Translations under genes and position numbers: made by a program
Assembly: GCA_016748015.1 (NCBI GenBank)
Contig: JAAOMT010000151.1
Span: forward strand, 186,001 to 250,000
Source: Geosiphon pyriformis uo1
Lineage: Eukaryota > Fungi > Glomeromycota
DNA: 64,000 bases
Direction of reading: 5' to 3'
Notes under the pieces: generated by a model
What the model saw: only the letters and a program-made list of their open reading frames with translations
What the model was told of the DNA's origin: nothing
The model's database searches: none
In this document: positions 27,411 through 41,438 of the stretch, piece after piece
How positions within the stretch are numbered: position 1 is the stretch's first letter
Layout: each line of letters opens with the position of its first letter

Positions 27411-28084
27411 TATATTGCGAATATCTTTAGTCATGGTTTCCTTGGTGTTTCATCAATTTTCAAAAACAATTTACCTCATCCCCTCTCATCACTATCGTGA
27501 TCTTTTCATTAGTATTCTCTACACGTATTTACCTTTTAAAACCTAAGGTTCTCAGTAGAATCCTTACAGGTCGACAAAACTCGACCCCAAAAGATTTGAC
27601 ATAATATTTAAACATTAAAGTTGAGGCGAAGACGTAATTTAAATATTTTATGATTGTATCATTCTTCGCAATATGAATTATAAACTCGACTGCATTATTT
27701 TTTTGAAAATGATTCCTTATCTATCTATATTATTTGAAATTTTGAATTTTCCTGTCGTTACAAATATCAAAGTCGCTTGAAGTGCTGACGCTACACAGCG
27801 ATCAGCTTGTGGGAGAACAAATTTTGCAAGCATTTTTCATCAAGTTCATTTTTTTTATAATAATTCTCAATTTGCCAATTCCAAACAAAACTTCGCAGAC
27901 CAGATGAATGGTTTTTCATCCAATCCCCAACTCTTGTACTCACGTGGAAGCCAGGAAATTGAAAAAAAAACAAAAACTATCTGAATATTCCCTTCATCTA
28001 AAATATTGCCTCAAACCTTCTAAACGAAGTTAAACGCTCCATTTTCCCGTTAGCAGTAGTTTGATGAGAAATGGGTAATAATAA

Positions 28085-28903
28085 TTAACGGCCCCTGCCA
28101 CGTCCACGAGAACCGCGACCACGTCCACGTCCACGCCCACGACCGACACCCACAGCTTGCCAAGCGAAAATGAAATATACATTAAATCAAGTTACAAAAA
28201 TGCTTTAAATAAGGAATCAAAGTGAATTGAACTTTCACAAACCTTCCTTCTTCTTTGCTTTTGCTTTTGGCGTGTCATCGATCAGCAAGGTATCTAACGG
28301 CAGCGAGTCAGGTAATATGTAGTATCGAATATTATTCCCACGGATGCTCAGTGATTCTAAATTAACGGGATCCTTGTTTTTCACCGTCATTTTCACAAGT
28401 TTCAAATGCGTGTTCATACTCATGTCCACTCCTGAAAATTGATCATAGAAAATAATTGAGTGATTAAATTCGTCATCAAATAAATTTTAAAGTATTAGTT
28501 CCTACCAGTAACTGTCCCGTGAACTATTGTCCCATTCTTGAGTTCTATCGTGACCGTTTCATTGTTTAATTTCATTAAAAATCTAAGAGTTTAATAAGGA
28601 CGATTAGAAACTTGGAATTAATCCAACAAGAGAAGCCCAGCAAGTTCTTTTTTCGAAAATATTATCATCAAAAGATAAAAAGCTTGAAACATCAATTTTC
28701 TAGGTTCTGTAACAGTGCTCTTACACCAAGGGTAAAAGGTCAACACCACGAAGTTTTAAAGAAACGTTTTTCACGCCAAAGAATCTTTCTCCAAAAAAGA
28801 TGCCTTTTGATATTATTAATGCGTCACAAAATTTTGTCAACCTCTGAAGTACCAAAAAGACGAAGAATTTGATAGGAGGCAATACTGACCTGACGAGTTT
28901 CAT
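28085..28903 (-). CDS. SMD1: Small nuclear ribonucleoprotein Sm D1 (4 exons)
   Basis: MKLVR|[51 protein letters not shown]-terminal GR repeats. Confidence 0.96.
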
Positions 28904-29070
28904 GGTTAATGCTACTTTCTTTAAAGCTTCGCGTCAGAGCAAAATTTTAAATGTAGAAATTAAACAAACAGACGATCAGTAGATCGTGACGTATTGAGAA
29001 TGATTTTTAAAGGACTGTCGAAATTGAGTTTGTTGTCATCATTTGACTCCTACAATTTTACCGACGTTCA

Positions 29071-31559
29071 ATGCAGAACGAGACAAGCTTTACTGTAGGT
29101 AAACAGCATTTAAACAAAGGTCAAGCAGATCAAGGGCTTGAAGATGTGGGAAACAACGGGGCGGCCTCTGGTCCCGAAACGAAAAAACGTCGCGTCGAGG
29201 GTAGCTCTGGCGCACTAACTGCTACCTCAAGTGACTTATACTTGGACACTGTAAGTGTTTTGATATATGTAGCTTAACTATTTTTACATTATAAAGTCGT
29301 TAACGAAGCTTTTTAATAATAGATTAATAGACACATGTTAGATTTTGACTTCGAAAAAGTCTGCTCCGTGTCTTTATCAAATTTAAACGTGTACGCTTGT
29401 TTGGTATGTGGCAAGTATTTTCAAGGTTAGTGATGAATTTTTTTAATGGATACTATTTTATTTAAACAGTAAAATCTAATAGTAAAGATTTCAAATTATT
29501 GTAGGACGTGGACGTCAATCGCACGCTTACTTTCATAGTTTGCACGAAGACCACCATGTGTTTATAAATTTGCATACTCTCAAAGTAGGCGGCTTTTAAT
29601 TGCAAATATTCTTATTTGCAAACAAGGTATCTATTTCTAACTTTTTGATTTGAGGAGAACCGTGGATTTTCATCAATGTTACTCGTTCCTTCCCCGGCAC
29701 TCTCGCCGCATAGGTGTATGTTTTGCCCGACGGCTATGAAGTCAAAGATTCTTCATTGAATGATATCAAGGTGAAAATTCCTTCTGAAAATTTAGAGTTT
29801 TTTTTAGCAACCTGGAAGTGACCCAAGTTTTCTTTGTTTTCAGTATGTACTTCATCCAACTTTTACTGAAGATCAAGTCGCGAGGCTTGATCAAAATATC
29901 AAACATTCGTATGATTTGAACAATAAAAAATATTTGCCAGGTAATAAATGGAAAAAGGATTTTGTTTCTTATGAATATTCTCTAAAAATTTGATAATTTA
30001 GATTTTTTACCCGACTTTCACTTTTGTTTAGGATTTGTTGGTCTCAACAACGTCAAAGCCAATGATTATGTGAATATTATCATACAAGCGTTGGCACATA
30101 TCCCACCACTCAGAGACTACTTTATTTTGCAGAATTTCAACCATCGCTCAGAACTAGGTAACTTTCTTTAAATTTATTCAGTTAATTACACACAAACTTA
30201 TTAATAATTTGGATTATACTTACCTAGTACAGCGATTTAGTACCCTCGTTCGAAAAATTTGGAATCCAAGGGCATTTAAGGGCCAAGTCAGTCCTCACGA
30301 GTTGCTCCAAGAGATATCGAATGCCAGTGATAAACGTTTCAAGCTGGCGGAGCAAAGCGATCCTGTTGAATTCTTGTCCTGGTTTTTGAACGCTCTGCAC
30401 AAGGATTTGGGTGGTACAAGAAAAAGAGATAGCAGTGAGTTTCATCTCAAGATTCTCCTGTTATGGATACTCTAAATCACTTATTAATATTCTAAGATGT
30501 TATGTTTAGGCATTATATATAAAATATTCCAAGGAGAGCTCAAACTAGAACAGCAATCGGTCATTGTTAAAGAAAAGGCTGACGAGGAAGAGCGGTTGTT
30601 GTTCGATTTCGATAGAGGTGGGTAGGGTATTTTTTTTTGATAAAGGCTGCTTATTTGACTTTCTCATTCGATACCGCAGAAATACGTACAACGACCAATC
30701 CTTTCCTTTATCTGACATTGGATCTACCTCCACCGCCATTATTTCAAGATGAGGTTGAAAAGAACATTATACCACAGGTAAATAATATGTAGTATCTTAT
30801 TAGATAGTCAATCTTAAATTTGAATTATTTTTTCTAATAAGCTTTATTTTGTTTATGAGGTTTCTTTGAACACCATCCTGACAAAATTCGATGGACGTTC
30901 GTCCCAGGTTGATTCTAAGCTATACAGCTTGATCAATATTGTTTCTGTACTTTTTTAAGAAATTAACATGAAAGTTTGTTAGGAATCCGGAGGAATGTTG
31001 CGACGATATCATCTTAAAAGATTACCAAATTATCTCGTTTTCCATATCAAAAGGTTTACGAAAAATAATTGGGCGGCAGAGAAGAATCCCACAATCGTGA
31101 ATTTCCCCATCAAAAATATTGATATGCGTGAATGTAAGGCCAAATATTTAAATAAGGACATGATAAACATTCCACCTCAGGGTCTTATTTGGGTTTTTTC
31201 ATGTCTTAGATTTGGAAGACCCTGACACTGATATTGGCACTTTTTACGATCTGATTGCCAATATATGTCATGAGGGTAAGCCCGGAAAAGGAAACGGCAT
31301 CTATAAGGTACACGTCCAGCATCGTGGAAAAGATCAATGGTATCAAATTCAGGATTTGATTGTAGAAGAAATAAACGCACAAATGATTTTCCTTTCAGAG
31401 AGTTATATTCAGGTACGGAAAAATATTCTAGGTTTTTGTAATATAGTCCTAAATAATGGTAGCATAAAAAAAAAGAGAATGCTTTAGGTTTTACCAAGTT
31501 CATTAACTACCTTTATTCTCTGTTAGATTTGGGAAAAGAAACGTCAGACATCCTTATAG
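29071..31559 (+). CDS. SAD1: U4/U6.U5 tri-snRNP protein Sad1/USP39 (inactive USP domain), multi-exon
   Basis: LYLDT|INRHMLDFDFEKVCSVSLSNLNVYACLVCGKYFQGRG, GFVGLNNVKANDY, FKGQVSPHELLQ, EKNPTIVNFP, SESYIQ|IWE. Confidence 0.95.
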
Positions 31560-32005
31560 TTCATTGGGATGTCTATTCTTCTGGGAATACTTATTTTTCA
31601 TTAGGACACAATTGTTTACTCCATCTTCGGTCCAAAGCGCATGGAAACTATTAAATTTTTCTAGAAATCCTAAAATTTTTTAATAAAAACTCGAGAAGTC
31701 CTATTTGAATTTAATTATATTAATATAACAATATCATTATACATGCAATTTTTTTGAGTGGTGGTCTTCTATTATATCCCAATTTGAGAGTTGCATCAAG
31801 GGTTACATATTCCCCGACTTATGAAAATCTGTTTAATTTTCACTTTCCTTCCCTCCTTCCATTTTCTAACCTAAAAGGGTTCAAAAGTTTTCACGCTTGA
31901 GCGTGAAGCTATATCCGATATCATAGCGTTTTTATTTATTTACCCCTCTTTACCTTTCCTTCCCTTTAAGGCTGTGATTTCTACATCTTTAAACCTTTGA
32001 AAAAC

Positions 32006-33675
32006 ATGTTCGGGGTTTATAGCAAGTCGTATTCATCTCTTCCTCTTTCACCTCCGTCTTCACGTTCAACAACCTTTATTCGTTGGTTCTGGAGGTCAAA
32101 GTCTGCTAGAATACTAGTTTTGGTCTACCTTTCATTTTCAGTAGTTTTCTCTTTGTTACACATTTTTGAATATACCGGCCGACCATTCATGCCTTTACCA
32201 CAAAAAACGAACACTGCAGACTTGAGGATATTTAGAACATATGGTAATTTTAGTTTAATACCAGACATAATCTACTAATTAATTTAATCAATTTTTTTCT
32301 TGATCATCTTTCTAGATACCAAAGGGATCTCACCATTAGATGAAATGAAGAATTCAGTTCGATTTAATAAAATGCATTCAAAAATGTCCCAATTCTTCAC
32401 TGATAGCGTTCATCCATATTATTTACGAGGTGAAAATACGCCAGAGACGGATGATATTACTACCATAGCCTTTGTTACGGAAAATCGACTTGGGGATTTG
32501 TTGAGATTGGCAGAGATGTGGCGGGGTACATTAAAAATCAGTTTTATTTTAACATATCAATTCTATAATATGATCTCTTGATATTCATGAAAGTCTGTTG
32601 AATGTCTATTATTAGGCCCTATCTCGGCTACTTTCCATATTCCTGCGAAAACGATTGATGAGAAAGACCCCATAATTCATAAAAGTTTATCGAACCTAAG
32701 GAAATTCTTTACAGAAAATCCTATACTTCGACAGAATGTTGACCTGCATATTGTTGCCGGTCCCATAAGTCTCAAACAAAACCCAAATGTATTACCAAGA
32801 CCCACAAATTTTCATTTGAATGTTGCAAGATTCTTTGTGAGGTCCGAATTCGTAGCTTATATCGATCATGATACATGGCCTACATCTAGTACACGAGAAA
32901 TAATCAAAAATCAAAAGAATTTATTATTACAAAATGATGTGATTATCTTACCTACTTTTATTTTTAACGAAAATTCTACCACTTTTGAATTACCGACGAC
33001 TACGGAAGATGTCAAAAAATTGATAGAAGAAGGATCGATGGGATTACAGGATGATGGCTGGGAATTAAATCGTGGAGTAACAGATTATGAAAGTTGGAAA
33101 CAAGGAAAGCTGTATATGATACAAGAGTATGAATTGCATTATCGGCCAAATTTTGTATCTAGGAAAGGGGGTAGTATACCTTGGTATGTATTAATTGATT
33201 TTAATCTTTTAAATTACATACATGGTAATTGAGATTGATGTGTAATATTAGAAAGAACTATTTTTTCAGGTGCACTGAAAGATTTGATGACAACAAAGCC
33301 GCTTGTTTATTTCAAATTTATATTTCTGGATCGGAGTTGTGGGTGGTGCCAGATGCATTTTTAATTCGACATCATTTGAATCCTAAATCACATCTTTTAA
33401 TCCCAGATGAATCAAAATGGGCGGTGAGCTACAAATTTTTTTGCCATGGTGATTAATTGTTATATTCAATATTAATAAACTTTTGATTCCATCAAAATGA
33501 ATAGAAGGGACTTAATAGTCGAATGTACACAAGATTTTATCGTGAATCTTGTATTCACTATGGGCGACAACTTTTAATGGCTGGAGATTGGGAAACCGCA
33601 AAAGCTCAACATCTTAAACAAGAATGTAGTCGAGTATTAACTAATTCGGGAAAGGGGTTGATAGAAAGTGCGTGA
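32006..33675 (+). CDS. Type II membrane glycosyltransferase, GT49 (LARGE/B4GAT1-like), multi-exon
   Basis: N-terminal TM, RL..L..LAEMWR|GPISA, PTNFHLNVARFF...IDHD (DxD), PW|CTERF..NKAACL...LWVVPDAFLIRH. Confidence 0.75.
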
Positions 33676-33934
33676 AAAGAACATTTTATTTATTTTAGTT
33701 TGAGAAAAATCACCCACTGTACAGGTGGCAATTGGTCAAGTTATCATTGTGAATGTATCAGGTATGAAGAATAGATTTATTATTAAAAAAAATTGCTTTT
33801 TAATCGATCGAATGAAATTCTGAAATTTACCACCGATGAAAAGATCTACTTAATACTACCTATAAATCGGGTTTAAAATTGCGAAAATAAATACATCATT
33901 TTTGTCTCCGGTTGGAAGTCTTTTTTCTTTCAAA

Positions 33935-34487
33935 AAGGTTCACCTGGAGTAGTTTTAATGTGGTTTTTGTTTCAAAGTTTTTGATAAGAACCCAGTAACC
34001 AAGTTATCTTTTTTTTATTTTTCTCTATCACTACCCAAATAACTAAAAAACCCAAATCAACTAAGAAGCAACTTTTTAACCTTAATATCAAATGCTAAAA
34101 AATTCTTTTTTTGGTTTTTGATGCCAGTTTTAGTGTTTTAAAGCCAACTTTTCTTTTTATAAAAAATAAAGCTTTGGTTTTTTTTGGTTTTTTTGGCTTT
34201 TTTGCCAGTTTTATATTACTTGCACCAATTATAATATTCAGTTTTGTTATGATTGTAGATAAAAAATAAAAGTACATTCAATTAATTTATTAAATTATTT
34301 ATCAAAAATTGAGTTAATTAAATAAAATTAAAATTTTTTTTTTCTTTGTTTTTTAATAATACTGTTTTTAATAATGCTTAAAAAAGTAGTTTTTACTTTA
34401 ATATTTGGTGTTTTTTCAAGATTAAATTGGTTTATATTAAGACTATTTTTTAATTTGTATATAGTTTTATTAATTTAAAATTTGTTT
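33935..34487 (+). mobile_element. Old AT-eroded ORF1-only element; continues at 41242-41438 and ~59026-59100 after two insertions
   Basis: caagattaaattggtttatattaagactatttt (~34417) aligns to taagatcaaattggctcatattaaggctatttt (~60340). The downstream pieces continue colinearly with 60410-60720. Confidence 0.7.
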
Positions 34488-34625
34488 AAAATCCAAACTT
34501 CTTTTTCTCTTACCTCCTAAAATCCTCAAAAAGCATATTTCGAAAGAAGTTTTTTCTGCTATTTCATACTGTCTTCTATCACTTTACAAGAAACAAATCC
34601 TTTTGTTGTTGACCTGGCTGCTTCC

Positions 34626-36444
34626 ATGAGTGGTACTGATGCTAAAAAAAGGTCGTCCAGAGTTCCAACTTCTGGTTCAGTTAGTAGTAATTCAAGTCAT
34701 AAGGTCAAGAAACCTTCTGGTGGTGCTAAGCTATCAAGTAATGATGTGGCTCTCAAAGATAATAGATCTGGTTAAGTGGTTGGACAGTTTAATAGCATGA
34801 ATACTGATGGGAAGACTTCTGAAGGTGAAGGAGTATCCAATTCCAAGATAAATACACTCCAAGCCAAGCATTTCAATAATGGTGTGATTGTTGGCTCCCT
34901 CCTCGGCTCTATTAATTTCGACATAGAAGAGGAAGAGAAGGTTTCTTTTCTCCTCCATAAGTCTTTTTCTTTGGATAAGATGTGGATTGATCCCAAAATC
35001 ATTAAAACTCAGATGGAAGTGGCTGTAAAAAAATCTTTTGCTTTGGACATCAATCTTTCGGCTGTGGAAGGGAAATCGGCAATGGCCAAAACTTATGTCA
35101 TAAGAAAATTATTTTTAAGAATCAATAGTTTTGGGGGGGCCACTACCCCTTTAAAATTTGAAATCGATGTTTACATTTAAGGAGAGCATGAGGAAAGCTG
35201 TATCATTGGCCGAAAAAGAGGAAATTGTCATAACCAATGATGTGAGGAAACAAGAGCTTCATTCAGATCAGGCTGTGGTGATCAAAGAAATTCCCATAGA
35301 TATGCCAAAAGAAATGATCGTCGTCACAGTTTCTGAGTTTGGGCAAATTAAGTCGATCAAAATCCAGTTGGTTGGTATGTAGTAGAAAACTGTGGTAGAA
35401 TTCGCCAATTCAGATCAGGCTGTGCAATTAGCTTTAAGATAGTCGTTCTTGATTGGAAAAAATTTGGTTCGTGTGGCCATAACCGTGGAAGATCACAATA
35501 CATGGGCTTCCAGAGATTGGTTTAGAGTGCTGTTGTTTACTTTACCAGTGGGAACAACTGCATATGACTTTGGCAATCTTTTGGAAAAGACCAGTGGAAA
35601 AACTTGCATCATCAATTATTTATTGGAAAATGGCAATAGATTTCATTGTGCTGTGGTTGGTTTTAAATCTAATGAAGGGTTGGATTCTGTTTTTCTTACT
35701 GAGCCTATTTTCGGTGGGATGTGTCTCTTATGGACTAGGTTGGATTTAGTTTGGTGTGGGAAGTGTGAGCATATTGGCCATTCTATTCTGGAGTGTGATG
35801 CATTGGTTGAGTCATCTTCTGGCCTCCCAAATATGTTTAAGAAGTCTGTTTCTGGTTTTGATCATCTCCAGTTAGCCAGATTGTATGCGAAAAAAAATGT
35901 TCCTATTTCTCGCTCTGCTGCATTTGGTGGAAAATCGTGGGCCCAGGTGGTGTTTCTTGCCTCCCCTTTTGGTGGCTCTTCTTCTGGTTCTGGTTTGCTC
36001 TTTAGTGGTAAGCCTCTCTCTTTTGGTTTTTCTGGCCCTCAGGTCAATGGTTTGGGTGATCATTTGGCAGTTCTAGAGCATTCTTTGGAAATTCTTTCAG
36101 ATCAAGTGTCTGTTATTCTTAAAAAATTGAGTTTTGTTGATCTGGTGCCTTTGGCGTCCACTTCTCGTGCTCCTCCTGTGGCTGGTTCAGTGTTTTTGGC
36201 TCTGGTTGTGGGTTTGAATATGGCTCTAGATGATGTATTGGCTCCGTCCATCCCCTTTCTGTCTAGTTATAATAAATCTGCTACTGGTCTTAGTTCGAGT
36301 GGTTCTAGAGTGCTTACCTCCAAGGTGGGTGGTTTGGAGTTCAAATTGTCTGCTCTGGAGGCTTCATTCGGTTCTATCCTGGCAAGGCTGGATCTCTTGT
36401 GTTCTGATTTGGGCTTGTTCTTCCCTTTTCATTCCAATGAGTGA
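34626..36444 (+). pseudogene. LINE ORF1 (RRM-like domains, CCHC knuckle, coiled coil)
   Basis: VVIKEIPIDMPKEMIVVTVSEFGQIKSIK, LLFTLPVGTTAYD, CGKCEHIGHSILEC, KSWAQVV; stops and frameshifts present. Confidence 0.85.
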
Positions 36445-39400
36445 GCTGGTTTGGAAATTCACTATGTGTAATATATGGAGTCTCAGTGTTCCTGCTAAGC
36501 AAGTGGATGTTCTCCATTAGCACATAAATTCTGGCTCTATGGTCTCCTTTTTAACTGAGACGAAATTGAGATCCTCTGTTGGTCCATGGATTAAGGATAA
36601 ATATGAAGGTGTCCGTATCTTTACTTCTGGGTTGGACATTGGTTTTCTTGGTACTGGTGTTGCCATTATCATGAACAATTTTTTGGCTCATCATGTCTCT
36701 AAGGTTGAGGAAGTTCCTGGCTGTGTTGTTGCTGTGTGGCTTCTGTTCAAGAATAAACTTTCAGTTTCTGTTATTGGATTGTATGCTGGTGCTTCCACTG
36801 GTGTTTGTTTTGGTCAGGCTTCTGAGATAAATTCTCTCATTGCTAAGGCTGTTAACTCCAACATCTTTGTTGTTTTGGGTGGGAACTTCAATAAAAATGG
36901 GTCTGGAAGGAGTGTGAACTTCAGGTTCTGCTCGAGTTTGGGTTTGATTAATTCATTTTCTGGTTATTTTTTGGTTGGGGCTACTACATGGGGTAATTCT
37001 AGGGGAGTCAAAAGGACAATTGATTTCATTTTTGTTAGTGAGAATTTGGTTTCTGCTGTGGCTGGCCATAAGATTGGCCCAGTTTTAGACTTTTTCAACA
37101 CCGATCACAATACTGTTATGGTCTCTGTTGGTTTGGAAGGGTTTTTGAATGTCCATTTGAATAGCTTGCGCAAGCAGGCTAACAAAAATTGCTGGAAGTT
37201 TAATATCAAGGATACGGATGTTACTGGGTGGTCTTGTTTCAAGGACTGCTCCTCTGTTAAGGTTTTGGGCATAAAGGATAATTTTCTTGCCACTGCTGCT
37301 AAGCAAGATCTGGATGCTATGTGGTTTCTACTGGAAAAGATGTTGGTAGATTCTGCGGATGAAACCTTTTCTCGGTGTTGGTTCAGTGAATTTCAGTGTT
37401 TGAAAAATAAACAATCCTCTAGGTTTATGGGCTTGGAGTTGCTAATTGTCAAAATTGTCAAGAAATTTGGCTCGGCTAATGTCTTTGGTTTTGATTGTCT
37501 TGTGAAGAAATGGTCTACATTGGATGCTACCAAGGCTCTCGTGTTGATGGATATGATTCAATCGGGTCAGAAGAAGGATGCTGTTCTTAAATTCTTGTCG
37601 GTTATCAAAAAAGAGTACAGAAAGTCCAAGTTGTATGAATCGAACTTGGCACAAGAGGCTTCTATCAGGGAAGCTATTGAAAAGCGCATGAGGAAGTTTT
37701 GTTCTAACAAGGGTAGCATGATTAGGAGTGTCTTGAATCAGCCCTTTCGAAAGGTTGTGTTGGATCATTTAGTCATTAACAATAAGCTTATTTTGGAGCC
37801 TGAGGAGATAAAATTGAAAGTTGACATTATTATGGAGGATTGGATGAGAAAGCAGATAGTGCCTTCGATGCTGCCTGATCTCTGGGCCCATTAGTATGCC
37901 TCTTTGGCTCATGTTAAGAACAATGCTTTTTCTGGTGTTATGAGTGCTATCACTTTGGATGAATTGCTTTTGGTTGTTGGTGGTTTGCCTGATGGCAAGG
38001 CTGCTGGTTTGTCTGGCATTTCTAACAAACTTTGGAAATAGGGTGATAAGGAAGTATTGGGGTGTCTCTTGATCCTGTTGAATTTGTGTCTGTCTGTTGG
38101 TTCAGTACCTGCTTTATGGAAGAGGGCCTGGGTCTCAATAATTCCAAAGCCTTATGATTGGGATGGAGTTCTAACAAACACTTGCCCCATCGCTTTATTA
38201 GAGACAGCCAGAAAGATTCTCTCTAAGATTCTTTTAGATAGAATTTTTTTTGCATGCAATAGGTTTGGCGTTCTCCATGGTGACAATTTCTCAGTGTTAA
38301 AGGGTATGTCTACACAATCTCCTGTGTTTGCTGTTGGATCAGTGGTTGAGAATGCTCTTGAGAAAAATAGGGAACTTTGGTTAGTTTTACAGGATATGTG
38401 CAAGGCATACGATTCTGTTGGTTGGCACCACTTAAGGGCTAGTCTGCGGCATATCAAGATTTATTGACTTTTTTGGTAGCATTCATGAGGACAGAGTTAA
38501 TAGGGTGATGACTGATTTTGGTCTTTCAAATGGCTATAGGGTACATGATGGCCTTGATTAGGGTGAAGTTTTCTCACCTCTTCTTTGGAGAATCTTTTAT
38601 GACCCACTCTTGTGTGAAGTTAAAAGGCATGAACATTTGTGTGGTTATCATATTGATACTAAGTTTGTGGCAAAGACTAGCAGAATTGAGAATAGTGGTG
38701 GGATGTCTTCATTCTTTGCTGCTGGTACTTTTGTGGATGATACAATTTGGGTTGGAGATTGTCAAGCTTCCATGCAGTATGCTTTAAATATTACTAGTGA
38801 GTTTTTTTATATCAATGATATTTCCATAAACAATGAGAAAACGGTGGCTATACCTATTAATTAGGGTGTTAAGATTGCTGTATTGAGTATAAGTGGTCGA
38901 CCAATTTCTATTGTCAGGAAGGGCAAAGCTCACAGATATTTGAAAATTTTTCTGTCGACTGAAGGGTTGTCTAAACTGAGTTTGGCCAAGGCTTACTCAG
39001 ATGTTCATTTCTTTGTTAACAGGGTGCTCAGAAAGGTGATCACAGATAAGCAGTTTTCATATTTGGTGTTGGCTGTTTTACAGCCTATTGTTAGTTATCG
39101 TATTCAGTTTAGTTTTGTTTCATCTGGTATTTGCCGCAAGTGGGATGTTTTAGTTAGGAAGGGCTTCAGATCTAAGGCACGTCTACCTTGTGATTTTCCT
39201 GATGCTGCTCTGCATTATCCTTCTCTGTATGGTCTGAAATCCTTTGAGCAGGTGCAATCTGAAGGAAAGATGGCTTCTTTGGTCTCGTTTGCTAATGCAT
39301 CTGGTATTCTTGGATGCTTGTTTGAGCATAGGGTTTTGGATTTACAGGTTCTGAGTTGGGCTCCTTTGAATCCGTTGCAATACTCTGTCAAGTTGCATGT

Positions 39401-41107
39401 TAGTCTGGTAAACAATTTTTTAGCAGGTGTGGTGAAGATTTTTATGAATATTGATCTTTCTTTGGTGAACAACCTTCCCAATGCTTTCTGTCATCCTGGT
39501 CACTTTCCAATGCCTTCGATCCTTGGGAAATCTTTATACTTCGATTCTGTTCGTTTTTTTAAGCATTTTGGTGTTGCTTTCAGTGATTGGCTTTTCGATA
39601 AAAAGGAGTTGTTGTTGGATTGGAAGACATTTTGTCATTGGAAGCGTTTGGATCCATGGGGTTCTGTACCTCTTTGGTTCACGGTTGCTTCTAAGTACTT
39701 TTTAGATCAGGGTCTTTTTTTTTCTCGTCCGCCTGTTGTCATTCGATCTGGTGGTGTGAACATTTTGGAGTCTGATGTGTTCTCCTCTATGCAGGATGGT
39801 TTACATAAGGTTTGGTCTGGCTGTTTTGAGACATATATGGATGGGTCTTTGAAAGGGGCTGGATCTGCTGATGTGTCAAGTGGTGCTATTGCGTATTTCC
39901 CAGCTCTGGGATTGGGTGTTGGAATCAAAGTTTGTGGCCTATTGTCCTTCACTATGGCGGAGTTGCAGGCTGTTGCTCTGGCTTTGGAATGTGTTCCCTC
40001 ATCTAGTTCTGTGGTATTGTATCTTGACAACCAAGCTGCTATTGATGCATGTGTTTCTGAGATGTTGCTTAAGGTACCAGTTGCTGCTGGGTCGAAAGGA
40101 GACATGTTTTCAACTTGATTAGGGATAAGGATCTTAGGGTGAGTTGGGTCAAAGTCAAAGGTCATGCTGGTGTCTTTGGCAATGTGGAAGCTGATAGATT
40201 TGCTGGTAAGGCTGCCTGCTCCTCTTTTGTTTTGCCAATGAGAATACAGGAGTGTTTTTTGGTGGCTGATGACACAGTGGTTTTGGGCAATGTCTGCCAC
40301 TTTGTCAGAGATGTGTTTAGGTCTATTTGTCGTGCTCATTAGGAGGCTGGTCTTAGTTGGGATGTGGTTTCAGCTGACATGTTAGGAGATTTTGATTGGG
40401 CTGCTTCTGCAAAGGTCTGGCACCCTGACTCTCACATGCTTGCTGGGTTTACTAGCCGCAAGTTGGCAAATCTTCGTACATATTTGATGAAGGCATTACA
40501 TAAGAGGTTGCCGGTGGCTGTTAGAAAGAGGCTGTATAACAAATGTTACCCAGGTGTTCAGTGTTTGTTGTGTGGTGAAGTGGAGCTGCCTGACCATGTT
40601 TTCACTTATTTACAGGATGTTCATATCCAGGGAGAGATTTTGCTAGAGGCTTCCGCATGGTGGGTTTTTTTGGTTGGTGTTTATGACCTGTTTGCTTCCT
40701 CTGTTCTTCAGGTCCTTGATTCTTGTCATTCAGATATTGGCAGATATTCGGTTTTATGTAAAGATTTTGTGTTGAAGGTTTGGTGTATGGAGGCGGCAGG
40801 TGTTTTCGATGATGTTAAGGAGACTTCCCGTGTTGTGATTGACTTTGTAAGGTTTTTGACTAAGTTGCACCAATCTAGGGTTTGGTTGGTTAGATCTAAG
40901 TTTAGGGCAGACATGGAAAGGGCTGGCTTAGTTGGTGATGATGGCTTGGTGTCAAGTCTGTCCCATTGTGTGTCTTCTGTGCTTTCTGATGGTATGGTAA
41001 GAATGCTTGGCATTGCTGAGTTTTTTGCTATCAGTTTTGGCCATCTTAGGCCTTGCCTTTTCTTTTTGGGTCTGGATGGTGGACCTTATGTTAATATTAG
41101 TGTGTAG
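36437..41107 (+). pseudogene. LINE ORF2 (endonuclease, RT, RNase H, zinc finger)
   Basis: TETK, IDFIF, TDH, DMCKAYD, FVDD, MDGS..AELQAV, WVKVKGHAG..GNVEAD, CLLC..HVF; stops and small deletions. Confidence 0.92.
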
Positions 41108-41438
41108 TGTTGCCTAGATTGGCCTGAGTGGCTAGTCACATGTTGTCAATGCGTAAATTGTGTTTAGTTTGGACCACTTAGTTTGGCTCTATGTACTAGA
41201 TAGTGGTTGGACTTCACTCATTAAATGCTTAATAATAATAAAAAATTTGTTTTTAAAAATAATATTAAGTAATTTATATAAAGTTTGCTTTTTAAGTTTT
41301 TTGGAATATTATTACTTTTGTTAATATTATTTTGTAAAATATGATTAAAAGTATTTTAATTTTTAATATTAAAAATGTTTTTAGTGATTTGTTAAAATTT
41401 TTTAAATTGTTTTAAAATTTATTAATATTTAATAATAT

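Larger units (their letters stand above)
34488..41241 (+). mobile_element. Full-length LINE (ORF1 plus ORF2 with RNase H), inactivated
   Basis: TSD aaaatttgttt at 34477-34487 and 41242-41252; (AAT)n tail; same domain order as the 4.7-9.8 kb LINE but a diverged subfamily. Confidence 0.93.

Noticed and set aside
29585-29712. GC-richer SAD1 intron with complementary ends (GCGGC/GCCGC), possible snoRNA or structure
   Set aside because: Only 5 bp of pairing and no clear C/D or H/ACA boxes.
30040-30070. Missing catalytic Cys in the USP domain (NNVKANDY)
   Set aside because: A normal feature of Sad1/USP39 pseudo-deubiquitinases.
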